Source: Chromatiales bacterium
GTDB taxonomy: Bacteria > Pseudomonadota > Gammaproteobacteria > Chromatiales > Chromatiaceae
Reading direction: 5' to 3'
Length of the DNA stretch: 64,000 nucleotides
Assembly (NCBI GenBank): GCA_030145485.1
Contig: JAQYVP010000084.1
Span: forward strand, 1,900-65,899
Below the pieces are notes generated by a model. That model searched no databases. It saw only the letters and a program-made list of their open reading frames with translations, and was not told where the DNA came from. This document shows positions 1 to 10,170 of the stretch, piece after piece. Numbering within the stretch: position 1 is the first letter of the stretch; every line of letters begins with the position of its first letter. Both the position numbers and the translations under genes were made by a program.

Positions 1-15
1 TGGAGTAGAAACACA

Positions 16-990
16 ATGCAACGACATGACTGGAGTATGGAAGAGATCGGAGACCTCTTTGGCTTGCCTTTTAATGATCTGCTGTTTCAGGCGCAGACGA
101 TTCATCGCCGGCATTTTGATGCCAACCAGGTGCAGGTCAGTACACTGCTCAGTATCAAAACGGGTGCCTGTCCGGAGGATTGCGGTTACTGCTCCCAGAG
201 TGCTTCCAGCAATACGACCCTGGAACGGGAGAAGCTGCTGCCGCTGGTTGAGGTGATCAGCGCGGCAGTAGCAGCGAAACAGAACGGTTCGACGCGTTTC
301 TGCATGGGGGCGGCATGGCGCAACCCGACCGATAAAAATCTCGACCGGGTTATCGAGATGATCGGTGCAGTGCAGGATCTCGGCATGGAGACCTGTGTTA
401 CCCTGGGTATGCTGACGCAACCGCAGGCGCAACGTCTCAAACAGTCCGGGCTGGATTACTACAATCACAATCTCGATACTTCGCCTGAATTTTACGGCAA
501 TGTCATCACAACCCGCACTTTCCAGGATCGCCTCGATACCCTGGCGCACGTCCGTGATGCAGGCATCAATGTCTGTTCGGGAGGGATTCTTGGCATGGGC
601 GAGCAGCGTCGTGACAGGGTGCGCCTGCTTCAGGAATTGGTCAATCAGCCACAGCATCCCGAGTCCGTGCCCATCAATATGCTGGTCAAAGTCGAAGGAA
701 CCCCGCTGGAGAATACAGATGTGCTGGATCCGCTGGAGTTCGTGCGCACCATTGCTGTTGCGCGCATCCTGATGCCGGAGTCTTATGTGCGGCTCTCTGC
801 AGGGCGTACTGAAATGAGTGACGAGACCCAGGCGCTGTGTTTCCTCGCCGGCGCCAACTCGATATTTTACGGAGAGCGCCTGTTGACCACGGACAATCCA
901 GAAGAGAGCCGTGATCAGCAGTTGTTTCAGCGCCTGGGCTTGAATATGGAGCAGATCGAAGCACAGAAGAAAGTCTGCTGTCATGGCTGA
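16..990 (+). CDS. bioB: Biotin synthase (radical SAM)
   Basis: 324-aa ORF with the [10 protein letters not shown] radical-SAM cluster motif. End-to-end resemblance to E. coli BioB. First gene of a bioBFHCD run. Confidence 0.95.
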   Translation: MQRHDWSMEEIGDLFGLPFNDLLFQAQTIHRRHFDANQVQVSTLLSIKTGACPEDCGYCSQSASSNTTLEREKLLPLVEVISAAVAAKQNGSTRFCMGAAWRNPTDKNLDRVIEMIGAVQDLGMETCVTLGMLTQPQAQRLKQSGLDYYNHNLDTSPEFYGNVITTRTFQDRLDTLAHVRDAGINVCSGGILGMGEQRRDRVRLLQELVNQPQHPESVPINMLVKVEGTPLENTDVLDPLEFVRTIAVARILMPESYVRLSAGRTEMSDETQALCFLAGANSIFYGERLLTTDNPEESRDQQLFQRLGLNMEQIEAQKKVCCHG

Positions 991-2152
991 AAGGTTGATG
1001 GCAAGGCTGCAGCTGCAGCTGGCTGAAAAGCATGCACGCAATCTCTATCGTCAGCGAAGGATCATAGATTCACCACAGCAGGTTGATTTGTCGAGTGAAG
1101 GCAAGCAACTGCTGAGTTTCTGCTCCAATGACTACCTCGGGCTGGCGAATCATCCTGATATAACCCGGGCCATGAAACGTGGTATCAATCACTGGGGTGT
1201 TGGCAGCGGCGCAGCGCATCTGATTAGCGGCCATACTGCGGCGCATCATGCGCTTGAAGAGGAGCTGGCGGCGTGGCTTGGACGGCAACGTGTGCTGTTG
1301 TTTTCAAGCGGCTACATGGCCAACATCGGCGCTATCACTGCACTCACGGCGCGTGGTGACCAGCTGTTTGAAGACCGGCTCAATCATGCCTCCCTGATCG
1401 ATGGCGGTCTGGCCAGCGCTGCCGCCTTTCACCGCTACCACCATGCAGATATCAACATGCTGGAACAGCAGCTGGGTACCGTCAGCAAGGGTTGCAGCAT
1501 GGTCATCAGTGATGGGGTTTTCAGCATGGATGGTGATATTGCGCCATTGACGCAGCTGACAGCCTGTTGTGAGGGGCACGATGCTCTACTGATGATCGAT
1601 GATGCACATGGCATCGGAGTTTTGGGTGAACAGGGCAGGGGATGTACAGACGGTTATACGCAACAGCAGGTTCCTGTCCTGATGGCCACCCTGGGAAAAG
1701 CCTTCGGTGTTTTCGGGGCTTTTGTGGCGGGCAGTGAGACTCTCATCGAGACGCTGATCCAGGATGCCCGCAGCTGGGTCTATACCACGGCGCCGCCGGC
1801 TGCGATGGCGGAGGCGCTGCGTGAAGCGTTGAAAATCGTGATCAGTGATGCGTGGCGTCGTGCGCATCTACGCCAACTCATCAGCCGCTTTCGTCATGGC
1901 GCCGGGCAGCTCGGGCTGCCACTGATGCCGAGTGAGACGCCCATCCAGCCTCTGCTTGTTGGTGAAGCCGATCGCGCCCTGCGCTGGAGCCATGCTCTTG
2001 AGGCGCGTGGCATCCTGGTGAGTGCGATTCGCCCGCCCACAGTGCCGTGGCAGAGCGCGCGCCTGCGCATCACATTTTCAGCTTTGCATACCGATGCACA
2101 AGTCGATCAGCTACTGGACGCACTGGATCAGATACAGCGGCAGGATCATTGA
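983..2152 (+). CDS. bioF: 8-amino-7-oxononanoate synthase
   Basis: 389-aa class-II PLP enzyme ([13 protein letters not shown] lysine region). Start overlaps the bioB stop. Position in the bio operon supports the call. Confidence 0.9.
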   Translation: MAERLMARLQLQLAEKHARNLYRQRRIIDSPQQVDLSSEGKQLLSFCSNDYLGLANHPDITRAMKRGINHWGVGSGAAHLISGHTAAHHALEEELAAWLGRQRVLLFSSGYMANIGAITALTARGDQLFEDRLNHASLIDGGLASAAAFHRYHHADINMLEQQLGTVSKGCSMVISDGVFSMDGDIAPLTQLTACCEGHDALLMIDDAHGIGVLGEQGRGCTDGYTQQQVPVLMATLGKAFGVFGAFVAGSETLIETLIQDARSWVYTTAPPAAMAEALREALKIVISDAWRRAHLRQLISRFRHGAGQLGLPLMPSETPIQPLLVGEADRALRWSHALEARGILVSAIRPPTVPWQSARLRITFSALHTDAQVDQLLDALDQIQRQDH

Positions 2153-2916
2153 TGGCGCTTTACTGTGAAACCAAGGGGACTGGCCGCCCGCTGGTGCTGT
2201 TGCATGGCTGGGGTATGAATGCTGCTGTGTGGCTACCACTGCTTCCCCGGTTGCAACAGCAGTGGGAGGTAACGATCATCGAGTTGCCGGGCCATGGCGG
2301 TAGTGATTCACTGCCGCTGGATAGCAGCATCGACGATTGGGCTGATGCCTGTCTGCGGGAGGCGCCACCGCAGGCAGTGTGGATAGGCTGGTCACTGGGG
2401 GCGCAGATCGCACTGCAGGCTGCCTTGCGGCAACCGCAACGCCTGATATCCCTGCTGATGCTTGCGGGAACCCCCTGTTTCGTACGCCGCAGCGACTGGT
2501 CATGTGGTATGGATGCCTCTGATTTACAACAGTTTGGCGATGCACTCACAGCGAGTCCGGTGCAGACATTGATACGCTTTCTTGGGCTGCAGGTGCGAGG
2601 CGCGCAACAGCCGGAAGAGGTTTTACGTCAGCTCAAGGCGAGCATCTCTTTACGGCCGGCGGCATCGACACATGCATTGCAGACAGGGCTGCAGTTGCTG
2701 TTGCACACGGATCAGCGCTCACAGCTGCATGAACTTGAGACGCCCTCTTTATGGCTCTACGGTGAAAAGGACAAGCTGGTTGTATCATCGACAGCGGACT
2801 GCACCAGGAAGTTGCTGACAGATGCACAAATAGAGGTGATCGATGGTGCCGGACATGCTCCTTTTTTATCCCATCCTGAACGATGCATGCAGGCTCTGGA
2901 GTCCTTGAATGATTGA
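2152..2916 (+). CDS. bioH: Pimeloyl-ACP methyl ester carboxylesterase (alpha/beta hydrolase)
   Basis: LVLLHGWG oxyanion region and GWSLGA nucleophile elbow. The ATG at 2152 overlaps the bioF TGA (TGATG). The ORF-track start at 2047 is upstream read-through in the same frame. Confidence 0.8.
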   Translation: MALYCETKGTGRPLVLLHGWGMNAAVWLPLLPRLQQQWEVTIIELPGHGGSDSLPLDSSIDDWADACLREAPPQAVWIGWSLGAQIALQAALRQPQRLISLLMLAGTPCFVRRSDWSCGMDASDLQQFGDALTASPVQTLIRFLGLQVRGAQQPEEVLRQLKASISLRPAASTHALQTGLQLLLHTDQRSQLHELETPSLWLYGEKDKLVVSSTADCTRKLLTDAQIEVIDGAGHAPFLSHPERCMQALESLND

Positions 2917-3778
2917 CAAACACCATGCGCGTCGCGCCTTTTCGCGTGCAGCAGAAGCTTACGATGAAGCCGCTGTGCTGCAGCGCGAGATCGGCCGACG
3001 CATGCTGCAACGGCTAGAGTATATTCGACTGCAGCCTAAAATGATCGTCGACATCGGCGCCGGAACCGGTGAGGCAAGCGCCAGTTTGCTCAAACGTTAT
3101 CCGAAGGCATCAGTGATTGCACTCGATTTCGCCATGCCGATGCTGCAGCGCGCCAGGCGGCGCGGCCGTTTTCTGCGGCGTCCGCTACCGCTGTGCGCAG
3201 ACCTGGAGCAGCTGCCACTGGCTGCCCACAGTGTGGATATCATCTACTCCAATGCCGCATTGCAGTGGTGCTCGGATCTCGCCTCGACTTTCAGGGAGTT
3301 TCGCCGGGTACTGCGTCCCGGAGGCGTGCTGATGTTCACCACCTTTGGCCCGGATACGCTCAAGGAGCTGCGCAGCGCATGGGCGCAGGTCGACGCGGGA
3401 ACCCACGTGAACTCTTTTGTGGACATGCATGATATCGGCGACATGCTGGTCGAAGCACAGTTTGCTGAGCCTGTCATCGATGCCGAGCAGATCACCATGA
3501 CTTATGAGAGTGTTGATCAGCTGATGCGCGATATCAAGAGCATTGGCGCGCACAATGCCGTGAGCGGGCGCAGCAAAGGATTGACAGGGAAAAGCCGCAT
3601 GCAGCAGTTTCGTGCTGCCTACGAACAGTATCGCAGTGAAGGATGCATCCCCTCGACCTGGGAGGTTGTATACGGGCATGCGTGGGCGCCGCAGCAGGTG
3701 ACAGAGGGCGGTGTAACGACGATACCAGTGGAGAGTTTGTCTATTTCGCGGCCAGAAGGCCGCTCCTACGGCAAATGA
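2909..3778 (+). CDS. bioC: Malonyl-ACP O-methyltransferase
   Basis: SAM-binding motif VDIGAGTG. 8-nt overlap with bioH. Position in the bio operon supports the call. Confidence 0.85.
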   Translation: MIDKHHARRAFSRAAEAYDEAAVLQREIGRRMLQRLEYIRLQPKMIVDIGAGTGEASASLLKRYPKASVIALDFAMPMLQRARRRGRFLRRPLPLCADLEQLPLAAHSVDIIYSNAALQWCSDLASTFREFRRVLRPGGVLMFTTFGPDTLKELRSAWAQVDAGTHVNSFVDMHDIGDMLVEAQFAEPVIDAEQITMTYESVDQLMRDIKSIGAHNAVSGRSKGLTGKSRMQQFRAAYEQYRSEGCIPSTWEVVYGHAWAPQQVTEGGVTTIPVESLSISRPEGRSYGK

Positions 3779-3789
3779 CGACAACAGGC

Positions 3790-3814
3790 GTAGGAGTGGT
3801 CATCTGACCACGAT
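3790..3814 (+). repeat. REP unit (GTAGGAGYGGTCWTCTGACCRCGAT family)
   Basis: GTAGGAGTGGTCATCTGACCACGAT with internal dyad GGTC..TCTGACC. Located in the 45-bp bioC-bioD spacer. Confidence 0.8.
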
Positions 3815-3823
3815 GAGAAAGAG

Positions 3824-4495
3824 ATGAGCGGCTATTTCATTACAGGCACGGATACCGGGGTAGGCAAGACGATCGTCACCCTTGCTGTGATGGAGTTGCT
3901 CAAGCGCCGGGGTTTCGAGGTTGCAGGTATGAAGCCCGTTGCCTCGGGCTGTGATCCCTCTGCGGCCGGGTTGCGTAATCATGATGCAATGCAAATCATG
4001 CCGGCCTGTTCAAGCGTATTGCCATACTCACAGGTCAACCCTTATGCTTTTGAGCCTGCGATTGCGCCGCATATTGCAGCAGCACGCAGCGGCAAGGCTA
4101 TCAGCGTGGCGAAGATTGTCTCTGTTTACCATGAACTTGAAGAGACGGCTGACAGAGTGGTGGTTGAAGGTGTCGGGGGCTGGCAGGTGCCGCTTGGTGA
4201 CGAGGCAATGCTTCCGGATCTGGCGAACAGACTGGAACTGCCGGTGATCCTGGTCGTTGGTTTACGGCTTGGCTGCATCAATCATGCACTGCTGACAGCT
4301 GCGGCAATCAACTCTTCGCGACTGGAGTTTGCCGGCTGGGTAGCGAATCAGCTGCAGCCCGGCCTGGAGGCAATGGACGATATCATCGAAACCTTGCTGG
4401 GACGTATCGATGCGCCGCTGCTTGGAGTGCTTCCCTGGAGTGAGGAGGTGGTGCCGGGAGAGATGGCCGACTATTTGGAGAAGTTTCCGGAATGA
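3824..4495 (+). CDS. bioD: Dethiobiotin synthetase
   Basis: N-terminal P-loop GTDTGVGKT, 223 aa, last gene of the bio operon. Confidence 0.9.
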   Translation: MSGYFITGTDTGVGKTIVTLAVMELLKRRGFEVAGMKPVASGCDPSAAGLRNHDAMQIMPACSSVLPYSQVNPYAFEPAIAPHIAAARSGKAISVAKIVSVYHELEETADRVVVEGVGGWQVPLGDEAMLPDLANRLELPVILVVGLRLGCINHALLTAAAINSSRLEFAGWVANQLQPGLEAMDDIIETLLGRIDAPLLGVLPWSEEVVPGEMADYLEKFPE

Positions 4496-4501
4496 AGTTT
4501 T

Positions 4502-4568
4502 TTCGCGGTCAGAAGACCTACAATGATGTGTCACATTCAGGATGCAGGTGTGCTCATCTGACCACGAA
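4502..4568. repeat. Inverted REP pair (BIME-like)
   Basis: TTCGCGGTCAGAAGACCTAC (reverse unit) and GCAGGTGTGCTCATCTGACCACGAA (forward unit), separated by about 22 nt. Lies between convergent bioD and hprK. Confidence 0.75.
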
Positions 4569-4625
4569 GGATAAGCGATACGCATCCACCTGCTTCAGGT
4601 GCAATGCGCTTCGCTTATTGACACC

Positions 4626-5582
4626 CTACAGCTCTTCCTCTGCTGCTGTCTCTTCGATAGCGATTCGCTGGCGGGCGACGAAGTCCTCGCTGGCATCATA
4701 GCCTGCCTGGCGCAGGATATAGTTACGCACCGCTGTCTCCATGAGTATCGCCATGTTGCGTCCCGGCGCCACGGGGATGGTTACCAGGGGAATCTCCAGT
4801 CCCAGCACATTGCGTGTGGAGTAGCTTCCGGTGAGGCGGTCCATCTTAGCGAGGCTTTCGTCATCGAGTCGCGCCAGATGAATGATCAGGCGCAGATACT
4901 TGCTGCGCTTGATCGCGGTATTGCCGAACATGCTGCGTACATTGAGCAAGCCCAGTCCGCGGACTTCGATAAAATCCTGTAATAGAGGAGGGCAACTGCC
5001 ACTGACGATATCCGGTGCGATACGCGCAAATTCCGGCGCGTCATCAGCAATCAGACGATGGCCCCGGGCGACCAGTTCCAGGGCGAGTTCACTCTTGCCG
5101 ATAGCGACCATGCCGGATAACAGCACTCCGATTCCCAGCACTTCGAGAAAAACCCCGTGCATGGTTTCACGCTCTGCAAGTTCCTGGGAGAGATAATATT
5201 GCAGGTTGTTGAGAACCCTCTGATCATCCTCCGGACTTGCCAGCAGAGGCGTGTCGGTATTGCTGGCTGCCTCGATCAAATAGTCGGGAACATCAATGCC
5301 GTCGGTGCAGATAACTGCGGCTGGTTCCGGGATAAAGAGTTGCCGGATGGTGTCCGCACGTGTTCTGCCTGCAAGCCTTTCCAGATAGTTCAATTCAGCA
5401 TTGCCGATCAGCTGGATGCGGTTCGGATGGATAAAATTCAGGGAGCCGACCAGGGTCTGCCCACTGCGACTTTTCTCCTCATCCAGAAGAGGTTTGTCAC
5501 TGCCATCGATGCCTGCAAGCCAGCTGATCTCAAGACGCTGGGCTACCGCCTGCATGAAGCTTCCAATGGTAGAACGGCTCAT
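4626..5582 (-). CDS. hprK: HPr kinase/phosphorylase
   Basis: 318 aa with a P-loop-like segment GMVAIGKSELALELV and the typical C-terminal kinase domain. Lies downstream of ptsN. Confidence 0.85.
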   Translation of the reverse strand: MSRSTIGSFMQAVAQRLEISWLAGIDGSDKPLLDEEKSRSGQTLVGSLNFIHPNRIQLIGNAELNYLERLAGRTRADTIRQLFIPEPAAVICTDGIDVPDYLIEAASNTDTPLLASPEDDQRVLNNLQYYLSQELAERETMHGVFLEVLGIGVLLSGMVAIGKSELALELVARGHRLIADDAPEFARIAPDIVSGSCPPLLQDFIEVRGLGLLNVRSMFGNTAIKRSKYLRLIIHLARLDDESLAKMDRLTGSYSTRNVLGLEIPLVTIPVAPGRNMAILMETAVRNYILRQAGYDASEDFVARQRIAIEETAAEEEL

Positions 5583-6043
5583 GCGATTTTGCGTTGCTGT
5601 ATGCCGGTAAGAATAGAATAAATCTCTTCCTGAGTTGAGGCTGAACGCAATTGATCACGAATATCAGCATCGTTGAACATCTTTGCAAGTGCAGCCAGCA
5701 GGCGTAAATACTCCTCGTTTGCTCCGGCCGGCACCAGCATGGCAAAAATAATGTCGACAGGATCTTCATCCGGGGCATCAAAATCAACACCCTGAGCGAG
5801 GCGAATAAAAACAGCCCTGGGTGTATCGATGCCCTGCAAGCGCGCATGCGGTAGTGCTATTCCGTATCCCAGAGCTGTGCTTCCAAGCTCTTCACGTGCA
5901 CGCAGTTTGTTGACAATAGTTTGCGGTGAGGCATCGGGATCCTCCAGCAAGGCCGCGATCTTGTCGATGAGTTCGTCTTTCTCGCCTGGCGCGGCATCCA
6001 GTATGATGCCGTTGCCATTGAGTAGTGAGGCAGGAATGGTCAT
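5579..6043 (-). CDS. ptsN: Nitrogen-PTS EIIA (EIIA-Ntr)
   Basis: 154 aa with the phosphorylatable His region GIALPHARL. Sits in the conserved rpoN-hpf-ptsN order. Confidence 0.9.
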   Translation of the reverse strand: MTIPASLLNGNGIILDAAPGEKDELIDKIAALLEDPDASPQTIVNKLRAREELGSTALGYGIALPHARLQGIDTPRAVFIRLAQGVDFDAPDEDPVDIIFAMLVPAGANEEYLRLLAALAKMFNDADIRDQLRSASTQEEIYSILTGIQQRKIA

Positions 6044-6333
6044 TAACGGTGACTCTGCAACTTCTCTTTGTATTTCATTAACTGGCGGTCAAGTTTATCA
6101 ACCAGGGCGTCGATGGCGGCATACATATCTTCATTTTCAGTCTCGGCAAAGATATCCTGCCCACTGACATGGAAGTTGGCTTCAGCCAACTGGCGTTGTT
6201 TCTCAATACCCAGAATGACGTTGACCCGGGTGACGCTGTCGAAATGCCGCTCCAGCTTTTCAAATTTACTAATGACGTAATTGCGCATTGAATCGGTAAT
6301 ATCCAGATGACGACCAGTTAGATTGACTTGCAT
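6043..6333 (-). CDS. hpf: Ribosome hibernation promoting factor / sigma-54 modulation protein (short form)
   Basis: 96-aa ORF MQVNLTGRHLDITDSMR..., typical of the HPF/YfiA family. Lies immediately downstream of rpoN. Confidence 0.9.
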   Translation of the reverse strand: MQVNLTGRHLDITDSMRNYVISKFEKLERHFDSVTRVNVILGIEKQRQLAEANFHVSGQDIFAETENEDMYAAIDALVDKLDRQLMKYKEKLQSHR

Positions 6334-6457
6334 GTTGTTGTCCTCTTGTTGTCATGAACCTACGAAAAAATCGATAGGATGGGGGTTCGGGGGAAGGATC
6401 GGGAAAGTGTCTGTGATAACTCATTGAATTGCAACCCTTCCCCCGTAAAAAAACTTG

Positions 6458-7897
6458 CTAGATCATGCGTTTGCGATCACTCGATGACGGAATTGCCATC
6501 GAATCACGATATTTTGCCACAGTACGACGGGCAATGGAGATTCCCTGCTCTTTCAGCAGAGAGGTAATTCTGTTGTCGCTCAATGGTTTTTCAGGCTCTT
6601 CCAGGTGAATCATTTTTTTGATTCTGGCGCGAACAGCGGTTGACGAGTGATTCCCTGAAGATTCATTTCCAACATGGCTGGAGAAGAAATACCTGAATTC
6701 AAAGATACCAAGGGGCGTCAGCATATATTTGTTGGTTACAGCACGGGAAATTGTGGATTCGTGCAACTCGAGTTCATCGGCCAGTTCCCGCATCACCATC
6801 GGCCTCATTGCTTCCGCTCCCCTGTCAAGAAAGGCCTGCTGCCGGGTGACGATGCTTTGCGCCACTCTCAGCAGGGTCTCGCGGCGACTTTGCAGGCTTT
6901 TTAACAACCAGCGGGCCTCCTGGAGATGGTCGCGCATCAACTGGTTGCCATGGCTGCGGTCACCGCGTTTAATCAGGCAGGCATAGCCGCTGTTGATGCG
7001 TAAAGCAGGGGCGTTTTCGGTGTTGCTCTCGACGACCCAACGGTCATTGTGGCGAATGACAGTGACATCCGGGATGACATAGTCGTTGCTCTTTTTCGAG
7101 ATGCTCTGTCCCGGGCGGGGATTGCATGAGCGAATCAGCTGCAGAGCTGTTTTCAGGGACTGCTTGTCCAGCCCGGTGCGCAAGCGCAGCATCAGGGTGT
7201 TGTTTTCAGCAAGAAGATCGAACCAGTTTTCGATCACTGCAATGGCCTGCTGACGCAGGGGAGTATCTGCAGCCAATTGATGAAGTTGAATGCCCAGGGT
7301 TTCACGCAAATCACGCGCACCGACCCCGGCCGGGTCAAAACTCTGAATTCTCTTCAGCACATCTTCGACCAGTTGCGGAGTCATCAGCCGAGAGTCAAAG
7401 CTCTCCGCTGTTTCATCTGTATCACCGATAAAATAGCCATCGTCATTGATCTCCTCGATGAGGCGTTCTGCTATCTGCTGTTCGATATCAGTAAAGGATG
7501 CAAGGCAGGTTTGCCATAACAGATGGTCGTACAGTCCCGTTTCCGCGGCAGCAGAGGAGATGTCCCACTCGGATTCCTGTGAGGTGTCGCGACTGCGTGG
7601 CGGAGAAATGTCATAAATAGACGACCAGTCGGCATCGACAGGCAGCTCATCGGGGATTTTATCGTCACTCGAATTGAGTTCCAGGGTGGAGGGATCGGTG
7701 ATTTCGTCAACACTCTCCGCTTCAAATGGCTGTTCATCGATGGCTTCATCGACTTCCAGCATAAGATTCTCTTCGAGAGCCTGTTGAATTTCGGCATTCA
7801 GCTCCAGGGTAGAGAGTTGCAGCAGACGTATGGCCTGCTGCAGTTGCGGGGTCATGGTCAATTGATGGCCAAGACGAATTTGAAGGCTTTGCTTCAC
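6458..7897 (-). CDS. rpoN: RNA polymerase sigma-54 factor
   Basis: 479 aa with a Gln/Leu-rich region I, an acidic region II and the C-terminal RpoN box ARRTVAKYR. Confidence 0.97.
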   Translation of the reverse strand: MKQSLQIRLGHQLTMTPQLQQAIRLLQLSTLELNAEIQQALEENLMLEVDEAIDEQPFEAESVDEITDPSTLELNSSDDKIPDELPVDADWSSIYDISPPRSRDTSQESEWDISSAAAETGLYDHLLWQTCLASFTDIEQQIAERLIEEINDDGYFIGDTDETAESFDSRLMTPQLVEDVLKRIQSFDPAGVGARDLRETLGIQLHQLAADTPLRQQAIAVIENWFDLLAENNTLMLRLRTGLDKQSLKTALQLIRSCNPRPGQSISKKSNDYVIPDVTVIRHNDRWVVESNTENAPALRINSGYACLIKRGDRSHGNQLMRDHLQEARWLLKSLQSRRETLLRVAQSIVTRQQAFLDRGAEAMRPMVMRELADELELHESTISRAVTNKYMLTPLGIFEFRYFFSSHVGNESSGNHSSTAVRARIKKMIHLEEPEKPLSDNRITSLLKEQGISIARRTVAKYRDSMAIPSSSDRKRMI

Positions 7898-7986
7898 TGT
7901 TTTTTAAATTATTTATGTATGCTGGTTATTAATATTTTAGCTGATACAGCAGATTTTGCTACTGACTTGCCTCAATTCTTTGTTTA

Positions 7987-8018
7987 GGGATGAGGTATTT
8001 TAATAAATACCACATCCC
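7987..8018 (-). other. Strong hairpin immediately after the lptB stop codon
   Basis: GGGATGAGGTATTT-TAAT-AAATACCACATCCC (13 of 14 paired). There is no U-tract, so it is more likely an RNA-stability or processing element than a terminator. rpoN follows. Confidence 0.4.
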
Positions 8019-8807
8019 TTACATCTGAAAGTCATGTCCGAGATAGACATCGCGTACATCCGGATTATTCAGTAATGTTTGTGGTTCTCCATGTGCAAGC
8101 ACCTCACCTTCGTTGATGATATAGGCCCTGTCACAGATGCCCAGTGTTTCGCGTACATTGTGGTCGGTGATCAAAATACCGATGCCCTCCGCAGAGAGCT
8201 CCCTGATGATATTCTGTATATCCGCGACGGAAATCGGGTCGATGCCGGCAAAAGGTTCATCAAGCAGTATGAAGGAGGGTTCCATTGTCAATGAGCGGGC
8301 AATCTCGAGACGCCGCCTCTCTCCACCCGAGAGGCTCATGGCCAGGTTGCTGCGCAGTGCGGAGAGTCCAAACTGTTTCAGCAGACTGTCGCAGATATCC
8401 TTGCGCTGATGTTTTTCCAGTTCAGGGCGCAGTTCCAGGATCGTCAGCAGGTTATCTTCAACACGCATGCGGCGAAACACCGATGGCTCCTGGGAGAGAT
8501 AGCCGATGCCGAGATTGGCGCGGCGATGAATGGGCAACTGCGTAATATCTTTATTACCCAGCATGACTCTGCCGCCATCGACGGGAACGAGGCCCACGAT
8601 CATATAAAAACTGGTGGTTTTGCCGGCGCCGTTGGGACCCAGCAAACCGACAACCTCGCCACGCTCGACGTCGATGGAGACATCCTTCACGACTGTGCGT
8701 TTGCTGTATCGTTTTAGCAGGGATATGGCGCTGAGTTTCTCCATGGGCTGGTGCTCCATCAATGCAATATTTTCGGGTTCAGTGAGCTTGTCAGCGTTCA
8801 TGGCCAT
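8019..8807 (-). CDS. lptB: LPS export ABC transporter ATPase
   Basis: Walker A GPNGAGKTT, signature LSGGERRR, Walker B ILLDEP. An internal Met (start near 8744) would match the E. coli LptB length better. Confidence 0.92.
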   Translation of the reverse strand: MAMNADKLTEPENIALMEHQPMEKLSAISLLKRYSKRTVVKDVSIDVERGEVVGLLGPNGAGKTTSFYMIVGLVPVDGGRVMLGNKDITQLPIHRRANLGIGYLSQEPSVFRRMRVEDNLLTILELRPELEKHQRKDICDSLLKQFGLSALRSNLAMSLSGGERRRLEIARSLTMEPSFILLDEPFAGIDPISVADIQNIIRELSAEGIGILITDHNVRETLGICDRAYIINEGEVLAHGEPQTLLNNPDVRDVYLGHDFQM

Positions 8808-8879
8808 TCCCTGCGTACTGCGCCTTGCTGCGAAACACCACAGGAGCGCTGAATCCCAAATTATTACATTGATGGAGCA

Positions 8880-9617
8880 CTACCGTTCCTCGAGCCGAAT
8901 GGTCGTATGCACGCGCTCACGGGCGTTTGCCTTTTTACCGGCAATCACAGTCATGTGTTTCAAATCAAAAATAATCCGGTCGTTGGTGACCTTGCTGCCA
9001 TCCTGCTCGATGCGGGCGTTGCCGGTCATAACCAGCTGCTCCTTTTTCATGTCATAGTCGATGTTGCGGGCTTCTCCGGTGAGAGGCGGCTCCTTGCCAT
9101 TGCTCTTTTTGGTATGTTTGATGTGAATGGGTGAGCCGCGCATTTTAATATGCTCGTTGTGCATATCGTAATCTGCTACAAGCGCATCTCCACTGGTATG
9201 GTTGCCTTCCAGGTCATGATGTTCGAATTGAAGCGGTTCACCTTTGAGTTGCAGCAGTCGCTGCTTGACATGGTAGGTGACAACGGAGGCTTTGCCGCTG
9301 GATGAGCCCTCGACTCCCGACTGCTGAAAGATGACGGGATTGCCGGTTGCTGTGATCAGGCTGTTGTTGTGCTTGTCACGCGAGAGCTTTAGTTGATCAC
9401 AAAAGAGCGAGATCTCCCCCTGTGTCAGTTTGACGTTGCCGCTGTAGAGGATAGATGCGGTTGCATCATCATGCTCGACACTGTCGGCCAAGATATTGAC
9501 CGGCAGTTTCATCTCTGCTTGCAGCTGTGTTGCAGCAAACAGCATGCAAGCGAGAAAAACAGAGAGTAGTTTAGGGAGACTCTGAATAAATCGAAAGGAC
9601 ACCTTATTCAATGACAT
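8880..9617 (-). CDS. lptA: Periplasmic LPS transport protein LptA (OstA-like)
   Basis: Signal-peptide-like N-terminus followed by a beta-rich OstA-type sequence. Lies between lptC and lptB. Start chosen at the Met of MSLNKV. Confidence 0.75.
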   Translation of the reverse strand: MSLNKVSFRFIQSLPKLLSVFLACMLFAATQLQAEMKLPVNILADSVEHDDATASILYSGNVKLTQGEISLFCDQLKLSRDKHNNSLITATGNPVIFQQSGVEGSSSGKASVVTYHVKQRLLQLKGEPLQFEHHDLEGNHTSGDALVADYDMHNEHIKMRGSPIHIKHTKKSNGKEPPLTGEARNIDYDMKKEQLVMTGNARIEQDGSKVTNDRIIFDLKHMTVIAGKKANARERVHTTIRLEER

Positions 9618-10170
9618 GGGAGCCGCGCACATTTGAGAGAATACGCACCTGCACTGGTTTTTTCAGGTGGATGTCCACACCGGTTCCGGAGAGCAGGTGA
9701 CCACCGTTCAGAACCGTTGCAGGCGCCATGCTGTATGCCAGGCTGTTTTCATAATCAATGATCATGTCCCTGCTGATCGTCTCGATAGCGGGGGAGGTAT
9801 CGCTCGCGTCCTGCTTGAGAAAGACGGAGCCGTAGAGCATCAGGAGTTTGTTTTTTTGATCTATCCAGCCGTGATCGGCTTGTGTGTACCAGTTGGGGGC
9901 ATCAGCCGGAGTCATGATCAGATGAATATTGTCCAGCTCGGTCGATCTGTCGATGTAATGGCGCAGTTCGTCGGCGATAATATGATGCAGGTGATGACCG
10001 CTGGAGTCGGTATGGGTCAGTTGCAGATTGCGTATGCGGATATCGGGATAATCCTGATGAACAACACTGCCCGTAACTGATGATTTTGTCTGCCGGTCCA
10101 GATGCGTGACATAGCTGCCGATTGCCAGCATGACAGCGATCAGCACAATGAGGCGCAGCCAGCTCTTCAT
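9604..10170 (-). CDS. lptC: LPS export protein LptC
   Basis: 188 aa with an N-terminal membrane anchor. Conserved position between kdsC and lptA; overlaps the kdsC stop. Confidence 0.7.
   Translation of the reverse strand: MKSWLRLIVLIAVMLAIGSYVTHLDRQTKSSVTGSVVHQDYPDIRIRNLQLTHTDSSGHHLHHIIADELRHYIDRSTELDNIHLIMTPADAPNWYTQADHGWIDQKNKLLMLYGSVFLKQDASDTSPAIETISRDMIIDYENSLAYSMAPATVLNGGHLLSGTGVDIHLKKPVQVRILSNVRGSHVIE

Noticed and set aside
6389-6444. GGGGGAAGG ... CCTTCCCCC long-range hairpin between rpoN and hpf as a terminator or attenuator
   Set aside because: The loop is 38 nt and there is no U-tract on either strand. rpoN and hpf are normally co-transcribed, so the evidence is insufficient for a feature call.
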